Shown piece by piece: positions 33,058 to 42,763 of a stretch of DNA of 64,000 bases. Position numbers and translations under genes: made by a program. The stretch lies in contig CAMAWC010000007.1 of NCBI GenBank assembly GCA_945861875.1, forward strand, positions 7,540 to 71,539. The letters are read 5' to 3'. The DNA is from Bordetella parapertussis (lineage in GTDB: Bacteria > Pseudomonadota > Gammaproteobacteria > Burkholderiales > SG8-39). The stretch's first letter is position 1. Every line of letters begins with the position of its first letter. Below the pieces are notes generated by a model. The model saw nothing but the letters and a program-made list of their open reading frames with translations. It did not search any database and had not been told where the DNA came from.

Positions 33058-33286
33058 GTCATTGCGAGCGCAGCGAGAATACCTGTCATTGCGAGCGTAG
33101 CGAAGCAATCTCGTCGACGAAGTAATGTCATTGCGAGCGCAGCGAAGCAATCTTGTCTTCCTTGTGACTTCAGTCCCATTGCCACAAGATTGCCGCGTCG
33201 GCTTCGCCTCCTCGCAATGACCGTGGAATTGGAAGACAAGATTGCCGCGTCGGCTTCGCCTCCTCGCAATGACCGTGGAATTGGAA
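33058..33286. repeat. Family C repeat array: three left arms followed by two right arms
   Basis: GTCATTGCGAGCG(C/T)AGCGA... starts near 33058, 33085 and 33127. AGATTGCCGCGTCGGCTTCGCCTCCTCGCAATGACCGTGGAATTGGAAG occurs twice in tandem (about 33187-33238 and about 33239-33286). Confidence 0.85.
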
Positions 33287-33307
33287 GGATTGATTTACAC
33301 TTCGACC

Positions 33308-34885
33308 ATGCCTCTAAAACTCCACTCTCCCGCAACGCACTTCGCCACCCTCCTCCTCGCCTGCGCACTTGCCGTCACGGCGCACGCCGCCGACCTGCGC
33401 ATCGGCATGGGCGCCGATGTCACCTCCATCGACCCGCACCAGACCAATATCGCGCCCAACAACGCGGTGGCCTGGCATGTTTTTGACGCGCTGACACATG
33501 TGGACGCCGACACCCGCCTCGTCCCCGGCCTCGCCACCTCGTGGCGCGCCGTGGACGGCACCACCTGGGAATTCAAGCTGCGCCGCGGCGTGAAGTTCCA
33601 CGACGGTTCGGATTTCACCGCCGAGGACGTGGCCTTTTCCCTCGACCGCGCCGTGGAACTGGGCAACAAGGGCGGCCAGTTCGCCAATTTCGTCCGGCCC
33701 ATTGTTGCGAAGCAGATCGTCGATCCCTATACCATCCGCTTCAAGACGGCCACGCCTTACGCCATGCTGCCCTACGACCTGAATTCGATTTACATCGTGT
33801 CGAAAAAAGCCGCGGCCGGCGCCGCCACCGAGGACTTCAACTCGGGCAAAGCCGCCAGCGGCACCGGCCCGTTCAAGCTGGCGGCATTCCGCCGCGGCGA
33901 CCGCGTCGAACTGCTGCGCAACGACGCCTATTGGGGTGACAAGCCGGCCTGGGACAAGGTCACGCTGCGCATCCTGCCGGCCGACCCGGCGCGCACCGCA
34001 GCGCTGCTCTCGGGCGACGTCGATGCCATCGAGATGATCCCCACCGCGGACGCCGCGCGCATCAAGTCCAACGCCGCATTTCGGCTGGAGCAAAAGGTCT
34101 CCTGGCGGACGATTTTTTTCCACCTTGACCAGTATCGCGACAACCCGCCCGGGGTCACCGACAAGGCCGGCAAGCCGCTGGCGAAAAATCCCTTCAAGGA
34201 CCAGCGCGTGCGCGAGGCCATTGCCATGGCCATCAACCGCCAGGCCGTCGTTGAGCGCGCCATGGAGGGCTTTGCCCTGCCCGCGGGCAACCTCGTCGCC
34301 CCGCCGGTGTTCGGCCACAACGCCAGCATCAAGCCGGCCGCCTTCGACCCCGAGGCGGCGAAAAAACTGCTCGCCGCAGCCGGCTACCCGGACGGTTTTT
34401 CCATCGTCCTTGCCGCACCCAACAACCGCTACGTCAACGACGACCAGGTGGCGCAGGTGATCGCGCAAATGCTCGCGCGCGCGGGCATCGCCGTATCGCG
34501 CGTCGAGACCCATCCGGCCGCCACCTATTTCACCAAGGCGCGCAACGGCGACTTCGGTTTTGCCATGCTCGGCTGGGGCTCCTTCGGCGCCGACCTCGCA
34601 CTGCGCACCCTCGTAGCCAGCGTCAACGCCGACAAGGGCTACGGCACCTGGAACTGGGGGCGTTACAGCAACGCCAAGGTGGACCTGCTGGTGGAACAGG
34701 CGCTCGCTTCGGTCGATCCGGCCAAGCGCGAAGCCGCGGCGCGCGAAGCCATGGGCATCGCCATGAAAGACTACGCCGTGGTGCCGGTGCACCACCAGAT
34801 CGCCACCTGGGCGATGAAAAAAGGCCTCGCCTACGTCCCGCGCACCGACGAGTACACCTTCGCCCAGCACTTCCGGCCGCAGTGA
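33308..34885 (+). CDS. ABC transporter substrate-binding protein, family 5 (peptide/nickel type)
   Basis: Track ORF 33242..34885 starts inside a repeat. The ATG at 33308 gives MPLKLHSPATHFATLLLACALAVTAHAADLRIG (signal peptide). SBP_bac_5-like sequence throughout. Confidence 0.9.
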   Translation: MPLKLHSPATHFATLLLACALAVTAHAADLRIGMGADVTSIDPHQTNIAPNNAVAWHVFDALTHVDADTRLVPGLATSWRAVDGTTWEFKLRRGVKFHDGSDFTAEDVAFSLDRAVELGNKGGQFANFVRPIVAKQIVDPYTIRFKTATPYAMLPYDLNSIYIVSKKAAAGAATEDFNSGKAASGTGPFKLAAFRRGDRVELLRNDAYWGDKPAWDKVTLRILPADPARTAALLSGDVDAIEMIPTADAARIKSNAAFRLEQKVSWRTIFFHLDQYRDNPPGVTDKAGKPLAKNPFKDQRVREAIAMAINRQAVVERAMEGFALPAGNLVAPPVFGHNASIKPAAFDPEAAKKLLAAAGYPDGFSIVLAAPNNRYVNDDQVAQVIAQMLARAGIAVSRVETHPAATYFTKARNGDFGFAMLGWGSFGADLALRTLVASVNADKGYGTWNWGRYSNAKVDLLVEQALASVDPAKREAAAREAMGIAMKDYAVVPVHHQIATWAMKKGLAYVPRTDEYTFAQHFRPQ

Positions 34886-34892
34886 GCGTTGG

Positions 34893-35152
34893 CTAAGGAA
34901 CGCTTCATCGCCACGCCCGCCGACCTTGTCATTCCCGAGCAAGCGGGAATCCACCTTGACCTAAAGCGTGGATTCATTGAGTCAAAATGGATTCCCGCTT
35001 GCGCGGGAATGACGATTTATGGACTTAATCAGAGCTTCCCTAAAGAACGCTTCATCGCGACGCCCGCCGACCTTGTCATTCCGAACGCAGTGAGGAATCT
35101 GCTTTTGATACAAACCAGCAGCAGATTCCTCGGCCTGCGGCCTCGGAATGAC
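34893..35152. repeat. Nested repeats: a family A MITE bracketed by a 42-43-bp direct repeat, followed by a family B hairpin
   Basis: CTAAGGAACGCTTCATCGCCACGCCCGCCGACCTTGTCATTCC (about 34893) and CTAAAGAACGCTTCATCGCGACGCCCGCCGACCTTGTCATTCC (about 35040) flank the family A element. The second copy leads into GTCATTCCGAACGCAGTGAGGAATCTGC...GCAGATTCCTCGGCCTGCGGCCTCGGAATGAC. Confidence 0.8.
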
Positions 35153-35185
35153 ATTTCAATTATGAGTACTGCCTGTTAGGTAAGC

Positions 35186-36163
35186 ATGCTCGTCACCATC
35201 ATCCGCCGGCTGCTGCAAAGCGTATTGGTGCTGTTCGCCATGTCGCTGCTGGTGTTTGCCGGCGTCTACGCCATCGGCAATCCGGTGGACATCCTCATCA
35301 ACCCGCAGGCCGACCAGGCCGAAATCATCCGTGTCACCGCGGCCATGGGCCTGGACAAGCCGCTGTGGGAGCAATACCTCGTTTTCCTCAAGCAGGCGGC
35401 CCTCGGCGATCTTGGCAAATCCTTTGTCTACAACATCCCGGCGATACAACTCATTCTCGAACGCATGCCGGCGACCATGGAGCTGGCCGTATCGGCCATG
35501 CTGATCGCAGTATTGCTGGGCATTCCGCTGGGACTGTGGGCCGGGCTGCGCCCGGATTCGTGGCCGGGCAAACTCATCATGACCGGCTCCATCCTCGGCT
35601 TTTCCCTGCCCACCTTCTGGGTCGGCCTGATGCTGATCATGGTCTTCGCCGTGCAACTCGGCTGGCTGCCCTCCAATGGCCGCGGCGAGACGCGCGAACT
35701 GTTCGGCGTGGCGGTGAGTTTTCTCACCCTCGACGGCCTCGCCCACCTCCTCATGCCGGCGGTCAACCTGGCCTTGTTCAAGCTCTCGCTGATCATCCGC
35801 CTCACCCGCTCGGGCACGCGCGAGGCGCTGCAACAGGACTACGTCAAGTTCGCCCGCGCCAAGGGCTTGTCGATGCGCCGCGTCGTCGGCGTGCATGTGC
35901 TGAAAAACATCATGATTCCCATCGTCACGGTCATCGGCCTTGAGTTCGGTTCGGTCATCGCCTTTGCCATCGTCACCGAGTCGGTGTTCGCCTGGCCGGG
36001 CATGGGCAAGCTGATCATCGATTCGATCAACGTGCTCGACCGGCCGGTGATCGTCGCCTACTTGTGCGTCATCGTCATACTGTTCATTTTCATCAACCTC
36101 GTCATCGACCTGGTGTATTCGCTGCTCGACCCGCGCGTGCGCCTTGCCGATGCCCGCGGCTGA
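35186..36163 (+). CDS. ABC transporter permease (DppB/OppB-like)
   Basis: 325 aa. MLVTIIRRLLQSVLVLF, and the EAA-loop region FARAKGLSMRRVVGVHVLKN. Confidence 0.9.
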   Translation: MLVTIIRRLLQSVLVLFAMSLLVFAGVYAIGNPVDILINPQADQAEIIRVTAAMGLDKPLWEQYLVFLKQAALGDLGKSFVYNIPAIQLILERMPATMELAVSAMLIAVLLGIPLGLWAGLRPDSWPGKLIMTGSILGFSLPTFWVGLMLIMVFAVQLGWLPSNGRGETRELFGVAVSFLTLDGLAHLLMPAVNLALFKLSLIIRLTRSGTREALQQDYVKFARAKGLSMRRVVGVHVLKNIMIPIVTVIGLEFGSVIAFAIVTESVFAWPGMGKLIIDSINVLDRPVIVAYLCVIVILFIFINLVIDLVYSLLDPRVRLADARG

Positions 36164-37052
36164 ACCCATGACGCCGGACCAGACACCCCTGCAGCGCATT
36201 TGCGCCGACTTTGCCGCCAGCCGGCTGGCGCTGGCCGGGCTGGCGCTGCTGATCGTCATCCTGCTGGTGGCGCTATTCGCACCGGTCATTTCGCCGCAAA
36301 ATCCCTACGACTTGTCGCAACTTGACGTGCTCGACAGCCGGCTGCCGCCGGGCGCGAAGTCCGGCGACGGCAAAATGACATTCTGGCTTGGCACCGACGA
36401 CCAGGGCCGCGACATGCTCTCTGGCATTTTCTACGGCCTGCGCATTTCCATACTGGTCGGTGTGTCCGCCACGCTGGCGGCGCTGAGCATAGGCCTTGCC
36501 GTGGGCCTCATCGCCGCCTATTTTGGCGGCAGGGTCGACGCCGTCATCATGCGCATCGTCGACATCCAGCTGTCCTTCCCGGCCATCCTCATCGCCTTGA
36601 TCCTGCTCGCCGTGCTCGGCCAGGGCATAGGCAAAATCATCCTCGCCCTCATCACCGTGCAATGGGCCTACTACGCCCGCACCGTGCGCGGCACCGCCCT
36701 CGTGGAGCGGCGCAAGGAGTACATCGAGGCGGCCAGCTGCCTCGCGCTGTCGCCGGCGCGCATCGTGTTCCGCCACCTGCTGCCCAACTGCCTGCCGCCG
36801 CTGATCGTGGTGGCGACGGTGCAGGTGGCCGCGGCCATCGCGCTCGAAGCCACCCTGTCCTTCCTCGGCCTGGGCCTGCCCATCACCGAACCGTCGCTGG
36901 GCCTGCTCATTGCCAACGGCTTTTCCTACCTGTTGTCTGGCAAGTACTGGATCAGCTTTTTCCCCGGCCTTGCGCTGCTGCTGACCATAGTCAGCATCAA
37001 CCTCGTGGCCGACCAGTTGCGCGACGTGCTCAACCCGCGGCTGCAAAAATGA
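36144..37052 (+). CDS. ABC transporter permease (DppC/OppC-like)
   Basis: 302 aa. The start may instead be 36168 (MTPDQ). EAA-type loop EYIEAASCLALSPARIVFRHLLPN. Confidence 0.9.
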   Translation: MPMPAAEPMTPDQTPLQRICADFAASRLALAGLALLIVILLVALFAPVISPQNPYDLSQLDVLDSRLPPGAKSGDGKMTFWLGTDDQGRDMLSGIFYGLRISILVGVSATLAALSIGLAVGLIAAYFGGRVDAVIMRIVDIQLSFPAILIALILLAVLGQGIGKIILALITVQWAYYARTVRGTALVERRKEYIEAASCLALSPARIVFRHLLPNCLPPLIVVATVQVAAAIALEATLSFLGLGLPITEPSLGLLIANGFSYLLSGKYWISFFPGLALLLTIVSINLVADQLRDVLNPRLQK

Positions 37053-38038
37053 CTGCGGCCGTCCTGCGCGTCGAGAACCTGCGCACGCACTTTTTCACCC
37101 GGCAAGGCGTGCTCAAGGCCGTCGATGACGTCAGCTTCAGCCTGCAACGCGGCAAGATCATGGGCCTGGTGGGCGAATCGGGCTCGGGCAAGTCCATGAC
37201 CGGTTATTCCATCATGGGCCTCATCGACCCGCCGGGTCGCGTCGTCGCCGGGCGCATCCTGCTCAAGGGCATCGACTTGCGCACCCTGCCCCCGGCTGAA
37301 ATGCAGGCGGTGCGCGGCAATCGTGTGGCGATGATTTTCCAGGATCCGATGATGACGCTCAACCCGGTGCTGCGCATCGACACGCAAATGGTCGAGGCGA
37401 TACAGGCGCACCGCCGCGTGTCCGCTGCCGCCGCGCTGGCCGAGGCACGCGATGCGCTCTCGCGCGTGGGCATCCCCTCGCCCGATGAACGCCTCAAGTC
37501 CTACCCGCACCAGTTCTCCGGCGGCATGCGCCAGCGCGTGGCCATCGCCATCGCCCTGCTGAACAAGCCCGACCTGATCATCGCCGACGAGCCGACCACC
37601 GCGCTCGATGTGACCATACAAGGCCAGATCCTCTACGAAATGCAAAAGCTTTGCCGCGAATCGGGCACCGCGCTCATCTGGATCACCCACGACTTGTCGG
37701 TCATCGCCGGCCTCGCCGATGAGGTGAGCGTGATGTACGCCGGCAGGCTGGTCGAGCAAGGCGGCGTCGACGCCGTGCTGTCGCGCCCGGCCCATCCCTA
37801 CACCCGCGGCCTCATCCAGTCGGTGCCCAGCAGCAATGTGCGCGGCCGCCCGCTGCAGCAGATTCCCGGCATGACGCCCTCGCTGCTTGAACTGGCACCC
37901 GGTTGCCCGTTTCGCGCCCGCTGCGACCGTGCCAGCGCGGCTTGCACCGTCGACCCGCCGCTGGAGCAGCGCGCCGACGGCCGCACGCTGCGCTGTTTTC
38001 ATCCCTACGATGAAGAGCTTAATCGGGTTGTCGACTGA
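37049..38038 (+). CDS. ABC transporter ATP-binding protein (DppD/OppD-like)
   Basis: This is the frame of track ORF 36662..38038. The ATG at 37049 overlaps the permease stop (ATGA) and gives [15 protein letters not shown]. Walker A GESGSGKS, signature [12 protein letters not shown], oligopeptide C-terminal domain. Confidence 0.9.
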   Translation: MTAAVLRVENLRTHFFTRQGVLKAVDDVSFSLQRGKIMGLVGESGSGKSMTGYSIMGLIDPPGRVVAGRILLKGIDLRTLPPAEMQAVRGNRVAMIFQDPMMTLNPVLRIDTQMVEAIQAHRRVSAAAALAEARDALSRVGIPSPDERLKSYPHQFSGGMRQRVAIAIALLNKPDLIIADEPTTALDVTIQGQILYEMQKLCRESGTALIWITHDLSVIAGLADEVSVMYAGRLVEQGGVDAVLSRPAHPYTRGLIQSVPSSNVRGRPLQQIPGMTPSLLELAPGCPFRARCDRASAACTVDPPLEQRADGRTLRCFHPYDEELNRVVD

Positions 38039-38073
38039 GAGTTGGAAAATTCCATGATTGATACGACTCCAAG

Positions 38074-38290
38074 CAGTACGTCCCCTCTCCCCTTGCGGGA
38101 GAGGGACAGGGAGAGGGGGAATGCAAGCAGATGCGATCGAGCATGCATTCACCCTCCCTTGCAGGGCGCGCGTCCCGTTACACCGGGACGCCGCTCGACG
38201 GGCGCGGAGCATGCTCCGCGAAACCCCCGTCTCGCCCCCAACCCTCCCCCGTCAAGGGGGAGGGAGTGGTTTGGTCGGCAGTCTGGACAA
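38074..38290. repeat. Repeat family E copy inside the ABC operon (between the two ATPase genes)
   Basis: It has the same 50-bp left and 35-bp right termini as the copy near 14433. The middle is about 125 bp and carries extra hairpins (GTCCCG-TTACAC-CGGGAC, CGGAGCATGCTCCG). Confidence 0.8.
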
Positions 38291-38328
38291 ATCACAATTT
38301 ATGAACACTTCAGTAGCAGGAACTCGAC

Positions 38329-39330
38329 ATGACTACCGCGCCTCTGCTTGAACTACGCGGTGTGTCGCGACGCTTTGTCAAACGCCTGGACGCGGCGGAA
38401 AAACTCGCCAATCTGCTCGGTGCCGGCGTGCGCGAAGAAGTCGTGCACGCGGTGGACAAGGTCGATCTTGCCGTGCGTGCCGGTGAAGTGGTGGGCCTGG
38501 TGGGTGAGTCCGGCTGCGGCAAGTCCACGCTCGGGCGCATTGCCGTGGGCCTGCACACGCCGGATGAGGGCGAGCGCCTGTGGCGCGGCAAGGCCGTGGC
38601 TGCCATGCCGGCGGATGAACAGCGCGCGGTGCAACTGGCCATACAAATGATTTTCCAGGACCCCTACGCCTCGCTCAATCCGCGCCTGCGCGTCGAGGAC
38701 ATCGTCGGTGAGGCGCCGGTAGTGCACGGCCTCGTCGCCGCCGCGGACAAAAAGGACTACGTCGCCGGACTGCTCGCCAAGGTCGGCATGGACCCGGGCC
38801 TGATGCGGCGTTTCCCGCACCAGTTCTCCGGCGGCCAGCGCAGCCGCATCGGCATCGCCCGTGCCCTCGCCGTCAAACCGGAGTTCCTCGTCTGCGATGA
38901 AGCCGTCGCCGCGCTCGACGTGTCGATACAGGCGCAGGTGCTCAACCTGTTCATGGAATTGCGCCACGACCTCGGGCTGACCTACCTTTTCATCAGCCAC
39001 GACCTTGGTGTGGTGCGCCACCTGTCCGACCGGGTGGTCATCATGTACCTCGGCCGCGTGGTCGAGACCGCGCCGACCGAGGCCTTGTACCGCGAGGCCA
39101 ACCATCCCTACACCCGGGCCCTGCTGGCCGAAGTGCCGCGCCTGGACCTGCGCCACAAGGACTACGCCCTGATCAAGGGCGAAATCCCCTCGCCCCTCGA
39201 TCCGCCCCCGGGCTGCCACTTCCACCCCAGGTGTCCGCACGCCATGCCGCGCTGCATGGCCGAACAGCCGGCGCTGCGGGAAATCGCCCCCTTGCGTTTT
39301 TCCGCCTGCCACCTCAACGAAGGGCAATAA
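38329..39330 (+). CDS. ABC transporter ATP-binding protein (DppF/OppF-like)
   Basis: 333 aa. Walker A GESGCGKST, signature FSGGQRSRIGIA, Walker B LVCDEAVAALD. Confidence 0.9.
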   Translation: MTTAPLLELRGVSRRFVKRLDAAEKLANLLGAGVREEVVHAVDKVDLAVRAGEVVGLVGESGCGKSTLGRIAVGLHTPDEGERLWRGKAVAAMPADEQRAVQLAIQMIFQDPYASLNPRLRVEDIVGEAPVVHGLVAAADKKDYVAGLLAKVGMDPGLMRRFPHQFSGGQRSRIGIARALAVKPEFLVCDEAVAALDVSIQAQVLNLFMELRHDLGLTYLFISHDLGVVRHLSDRVVIMYLGRVVETAPTEALYREANHPYTRALLAEVPRLDLRHKDYALIKGEIPSPLDPPPGCHFHPRCPHAMPRCMAEQPALREIAPLRFSACHLNEGQ

Positions 39331-39560
39331 ACCGGCAATCGGCCGCAAAGCCAATACCAGAGCGGCTCTCCAGCCATCGCCCCTCCGGGCACACACCGAC
39401 CGGCGCTGCGCAACGGTCGCACCGTCAGATAGCTGCCGGTGACACCCTTGCCTGAGCGCAGGCGGCGAGATCTGTGCTTTTGAGACAAGCGAAATTCAAA
39501 CGCGCATAATGCAATCCTCGCTTCGATTCTGCTGTCTGACAGCTTGGCAGGGTTTAAAAA

Positions 39561-42500
39561 ATGGCAAAACAATTCGACCGCAAGATCACCAAGATCACCA
39601 AGGCCGCCAAGGCCGCCAAGGCCACCAAGGCCCCCAAGGCCACCAAGACCGGCGCGGCCGGCAAGTCGGCCAAAGTCCGCAAACCGGGCAAGACCACGCC
39701 GGGCGCAACTGCGCCGGCCGTGCTTCCCGTCACGGTCAGGGCCGGCAGCACGATCAAGCAGGCGCCGACGCACAGCGCCGGCGGCGGCTTTCCCATTGTC
39801 GGCATCGGTGCCTCGGCCGGCGGGCTGGAGGCGTTTGAGGCGTTTTTGTCCGGCATGCCGCAGAAAGCCGATCCGGGCATGGCCTTTGTCCTGGTGCAGC
39901 ATCTTGCGCCCGACCACAAGAGCATCCTCACCGAGCTCATACGCCACTACACCCGCATGCAGGTGTTCGAGGTCGAGGACGGCATGGTGGTGCGGCCCAA
40001 TTGCACCTACATCATTCCGCCGGGGCGCGACATGGCCGTCCTGAACGGCACGCTGCAGCTGTTCGAACCGGTGCAGCCGCGCGGCCAGCGCCTGCCGATC
40101 GATTTTCTCTTTCGCTCGCTGGCGCAAGACCAGCGCGAGCGGGCCATCGGCATTGTGCTCTCGGGCACCGGCAGTGACGGCACGCAGGGCGTGCGCCTGA
40201 TCAAGGCCGCGGGTGGCATGGTGATGGTGCAGAACACCGCCTCGGCCGCGTTTGACGGCATGCCGCGCAACGCCATCGCCACCGGCGTGGTCGATTACGA
40301 ACTGCCGCCGGCCGAGATGGCGGCGCAACTGATTGCCCACGTCAGCCACGCCTTTGGCAAGCTGCCCAGGATCGAGATCCTCACGCCTCCCAAAGTCGAG
40401 AGCGCGCTGAAGAAAATATTCATCCTGGTGCGCACCGAGACCGGTCATGATTTTTCGCTCTACAAACCGGCCACCATTCACCGGCGCATTGACCGGCGCA
40501 TGGCGCAACACCAGATCGCCACGATTGAGGGCTACGTCCGGTACCTGCAACAAACCCCGGACGAAGTGCAGGCGCTGTTTCACGACATGCTGATCGGGGT
40601 GACCAGTTTTTTTCGCGACCCCGCGGCCTTTCAGGTGCTCGCCAGTCGCGTCATTCCGCGACTTTTTGAAAACCAGCACGCCGGCGTGCCGATACGCGTC
40701 TGGGTCCCCGGCTGTTCCACCGGCGAAGAGGCCTACTCCCTGGCCATGTTGCTGGTCGAGCGCATGGAGACGCTCAAAACGCACTACACCGTGCAGATGT
40801 TCGCCACCGACATCGACGCCGCGGCCGTTGCCACGGCACGCACCGGTGTCTATCCGGCCAGCATCGCCGCCGATATCTCGCCCGAGCGCCTGGCGCGCTT
40901 TTTTACCCCCGCAGAGCAGGGCAGCGGCTACCGCATCCAAAAAGCCATACGCGACATGATGGTGTTCTCCAATCAGGACCTCGCCAGGGATCCGCCCTTC
41001 TCCCGGGTCGACCTGATCAGCTGCCGCAATTTGCTCATCTACATGGGCGCGGCACTGCAAAAAAGGATCATCCCGCTGTTTCACTACGCACTCAAGACCG
41101 ATGGCTTCCTGTTCCTTGGCACCTCCGAGGGGGTCGGTGAGTTTGAGCAGTTGTTTGGCGTGCTCGATAACAAAGCGAAACTCTTCCAGTGCAAGCCGGA
41201 CCCGCAAAGCAGGCGGCGTTTCCCGCACGCGCAATTGCCGGAGCCGCCCAGCGCGCCCGATGCGCCGACCGGGCCGCGGCACCTGGAAGGCGCCCGGCGT
41301 GCCAAAGAGTCCGGCGAGTCGCTGCGCGAAATGACCGAACGGGCGCTGCTGTCGCAGGTGGTCGCCGCCGGCGCGCTGGTCAACGGCCAGGGCGACATCC
41401 TTTACCTGTACGGGCGCACCGGCATGTTTCTTGAACCGGCCGAAGGCGAGGCGGGCCTCAACAACATCCTGAAAATGGCGCGCGAGGGCCTGCGCAGCGC
41501 ACTTGCGACCAGCCTGCACAAGGCGGTGAAAAACAAGGAAAGCGCGCTTTGCCCCGGCCTGCGCGTCAAGACAACGGTCACCACACCCTTGTCAACCTGG
41601 CCGTGCGCCCGGTCACAAGCGGCCCGGGCGCCTCGCTCGGCTCACCGCTGTATCTGGTTGTACTGGAAGAAGCACCGATCGCCGCCGCGCCCTTGCCCGC
41701 AGCGGCGGCGCTGCAAGACCCCGCCCGCGCTGCGCGCGGCAGCAGTTCCCCGGCCGTCAGCGCACGCATCAGCACGCTCACAGCCGAATTGCGGGCCAGG
41801 GATGACGAGCTGAAAAGCACCCGGGAAGAGCTCGAGAGTTCGAACGAGGAGCTCAAATCTTCCAACGAGGAAATGCAGTCGGTGAACGAGGAGATGCAAT
41901 CAACCAACGAGGAACTCGAGACCTCCAAGGAAGAACTGCAGTCGGTGAACGAGGAGCTCTCCACCGTCAACGCCGAGCTGCAGGCCAAGGTGAGCGACCT
42001 GTCGCGCGCCAACAACGACATGAACAACCTCCTCGCCGGCACCGGCATCGGCACGGTGTTTGTCGACCATCAACTGAACATCCTGCGCTTCACCCCGGCG
42101 GTGGCCGGCATCATCAACCTGATCCCGTCCGACGTCGGCCGGCCGATAACGCACATTGTCGCCAACCTGCCCGGCTACGCCAGCCTGGCTGCCGATGTGC
42201 AGGCGGTGCTCGACACGCTGGTGGCAAGGGAAATACCGGTGCAGACCATGGATCAAAGAAATTTCACCATGCGCGTCCAGCCTTATCGCACGCTCGATAA
42301 CATGATAGAGGGCGCGGTAATTTCATTCCTCGATATCACCGATTTGACAACAGCGCGCAATGAGCTGCGCGAGGCATTGGCGATAACGCAGGCTCACCTG
42401 CTCGAGGCCAATGCACTGGCGCGCCTTGCGGTGGTGCTGCGCGATGCCTCTGACGCCATCACCATGCAGGATCTGCAAGGCAAGACACTCGCCTGGAACC

Positions 42501-42763
42501 CCGGTGCGGCACGGCTCTACGGCTGGAGCGAAGCCGAGGCGCTGGGAATGAACGTGCGCGAGCGCATCCCCGAGCCGCTGCAGACGGCGGCGCTGGCCAG
42601 GCTCGAACGCCTGGGCCGCGCCGAAGTCATCGAGAGCTATAGTACCCAGCGCCTGGATAAAAGCGGCGCGCTGCTGGAGGTCTCGATCACCGCCACCGCG
42701 CTGTTGGATGACCGGGGGCAGCTCTATGCGATCGCCACCACCGAACGGGCAAAAAAGCCATGA
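39561..42763 (+). pseudogene. CheB-CheR fusion protein with PAS domains and a coiled coil (K13924-like, lacking the kinase part), interrupted by a frame change near 41570
   Basis: Track ORFs 39561..41813 and 41549..42763 are consecutive parts of one protein. The parts are a Lys/Ala-rich tail, the CheB methylesterase core (IVGIGASAGGLEAF, LVQHLAPDH), CheR SAM-MTase (VWVPGCSTGEEAYSLAML), PAS, ...GLRVKT | NGHHTLVNLAVRPV..., the acidic coiled coil ELESSNEELKSSNEEMQSVNEEMQSTNEELETSKEELQSVNEEL, and two more PAS-like domains. One missing base in AAGAC-AACGG would rejoin the frames. Confidence 0.75.

Noticed and set aside
39162-41519. Very long antisense or off-frame ORFs (e.g. 39162..41519, 51977..54376, 54503..56113, 33314..34954, 42724..44046, 30336..31625, 35156..36289, 36926..38212, 38353..39396, 16737..18197, 14575..15534, 521..1579)
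   Set aside because: These are shadow ORFs typical of high-GC DNA. They have Arg/Gly/Ala/Pro-rich, low-complexity translations with no family motifs. Each lies opposite or out of frame to a gene with clear homology.
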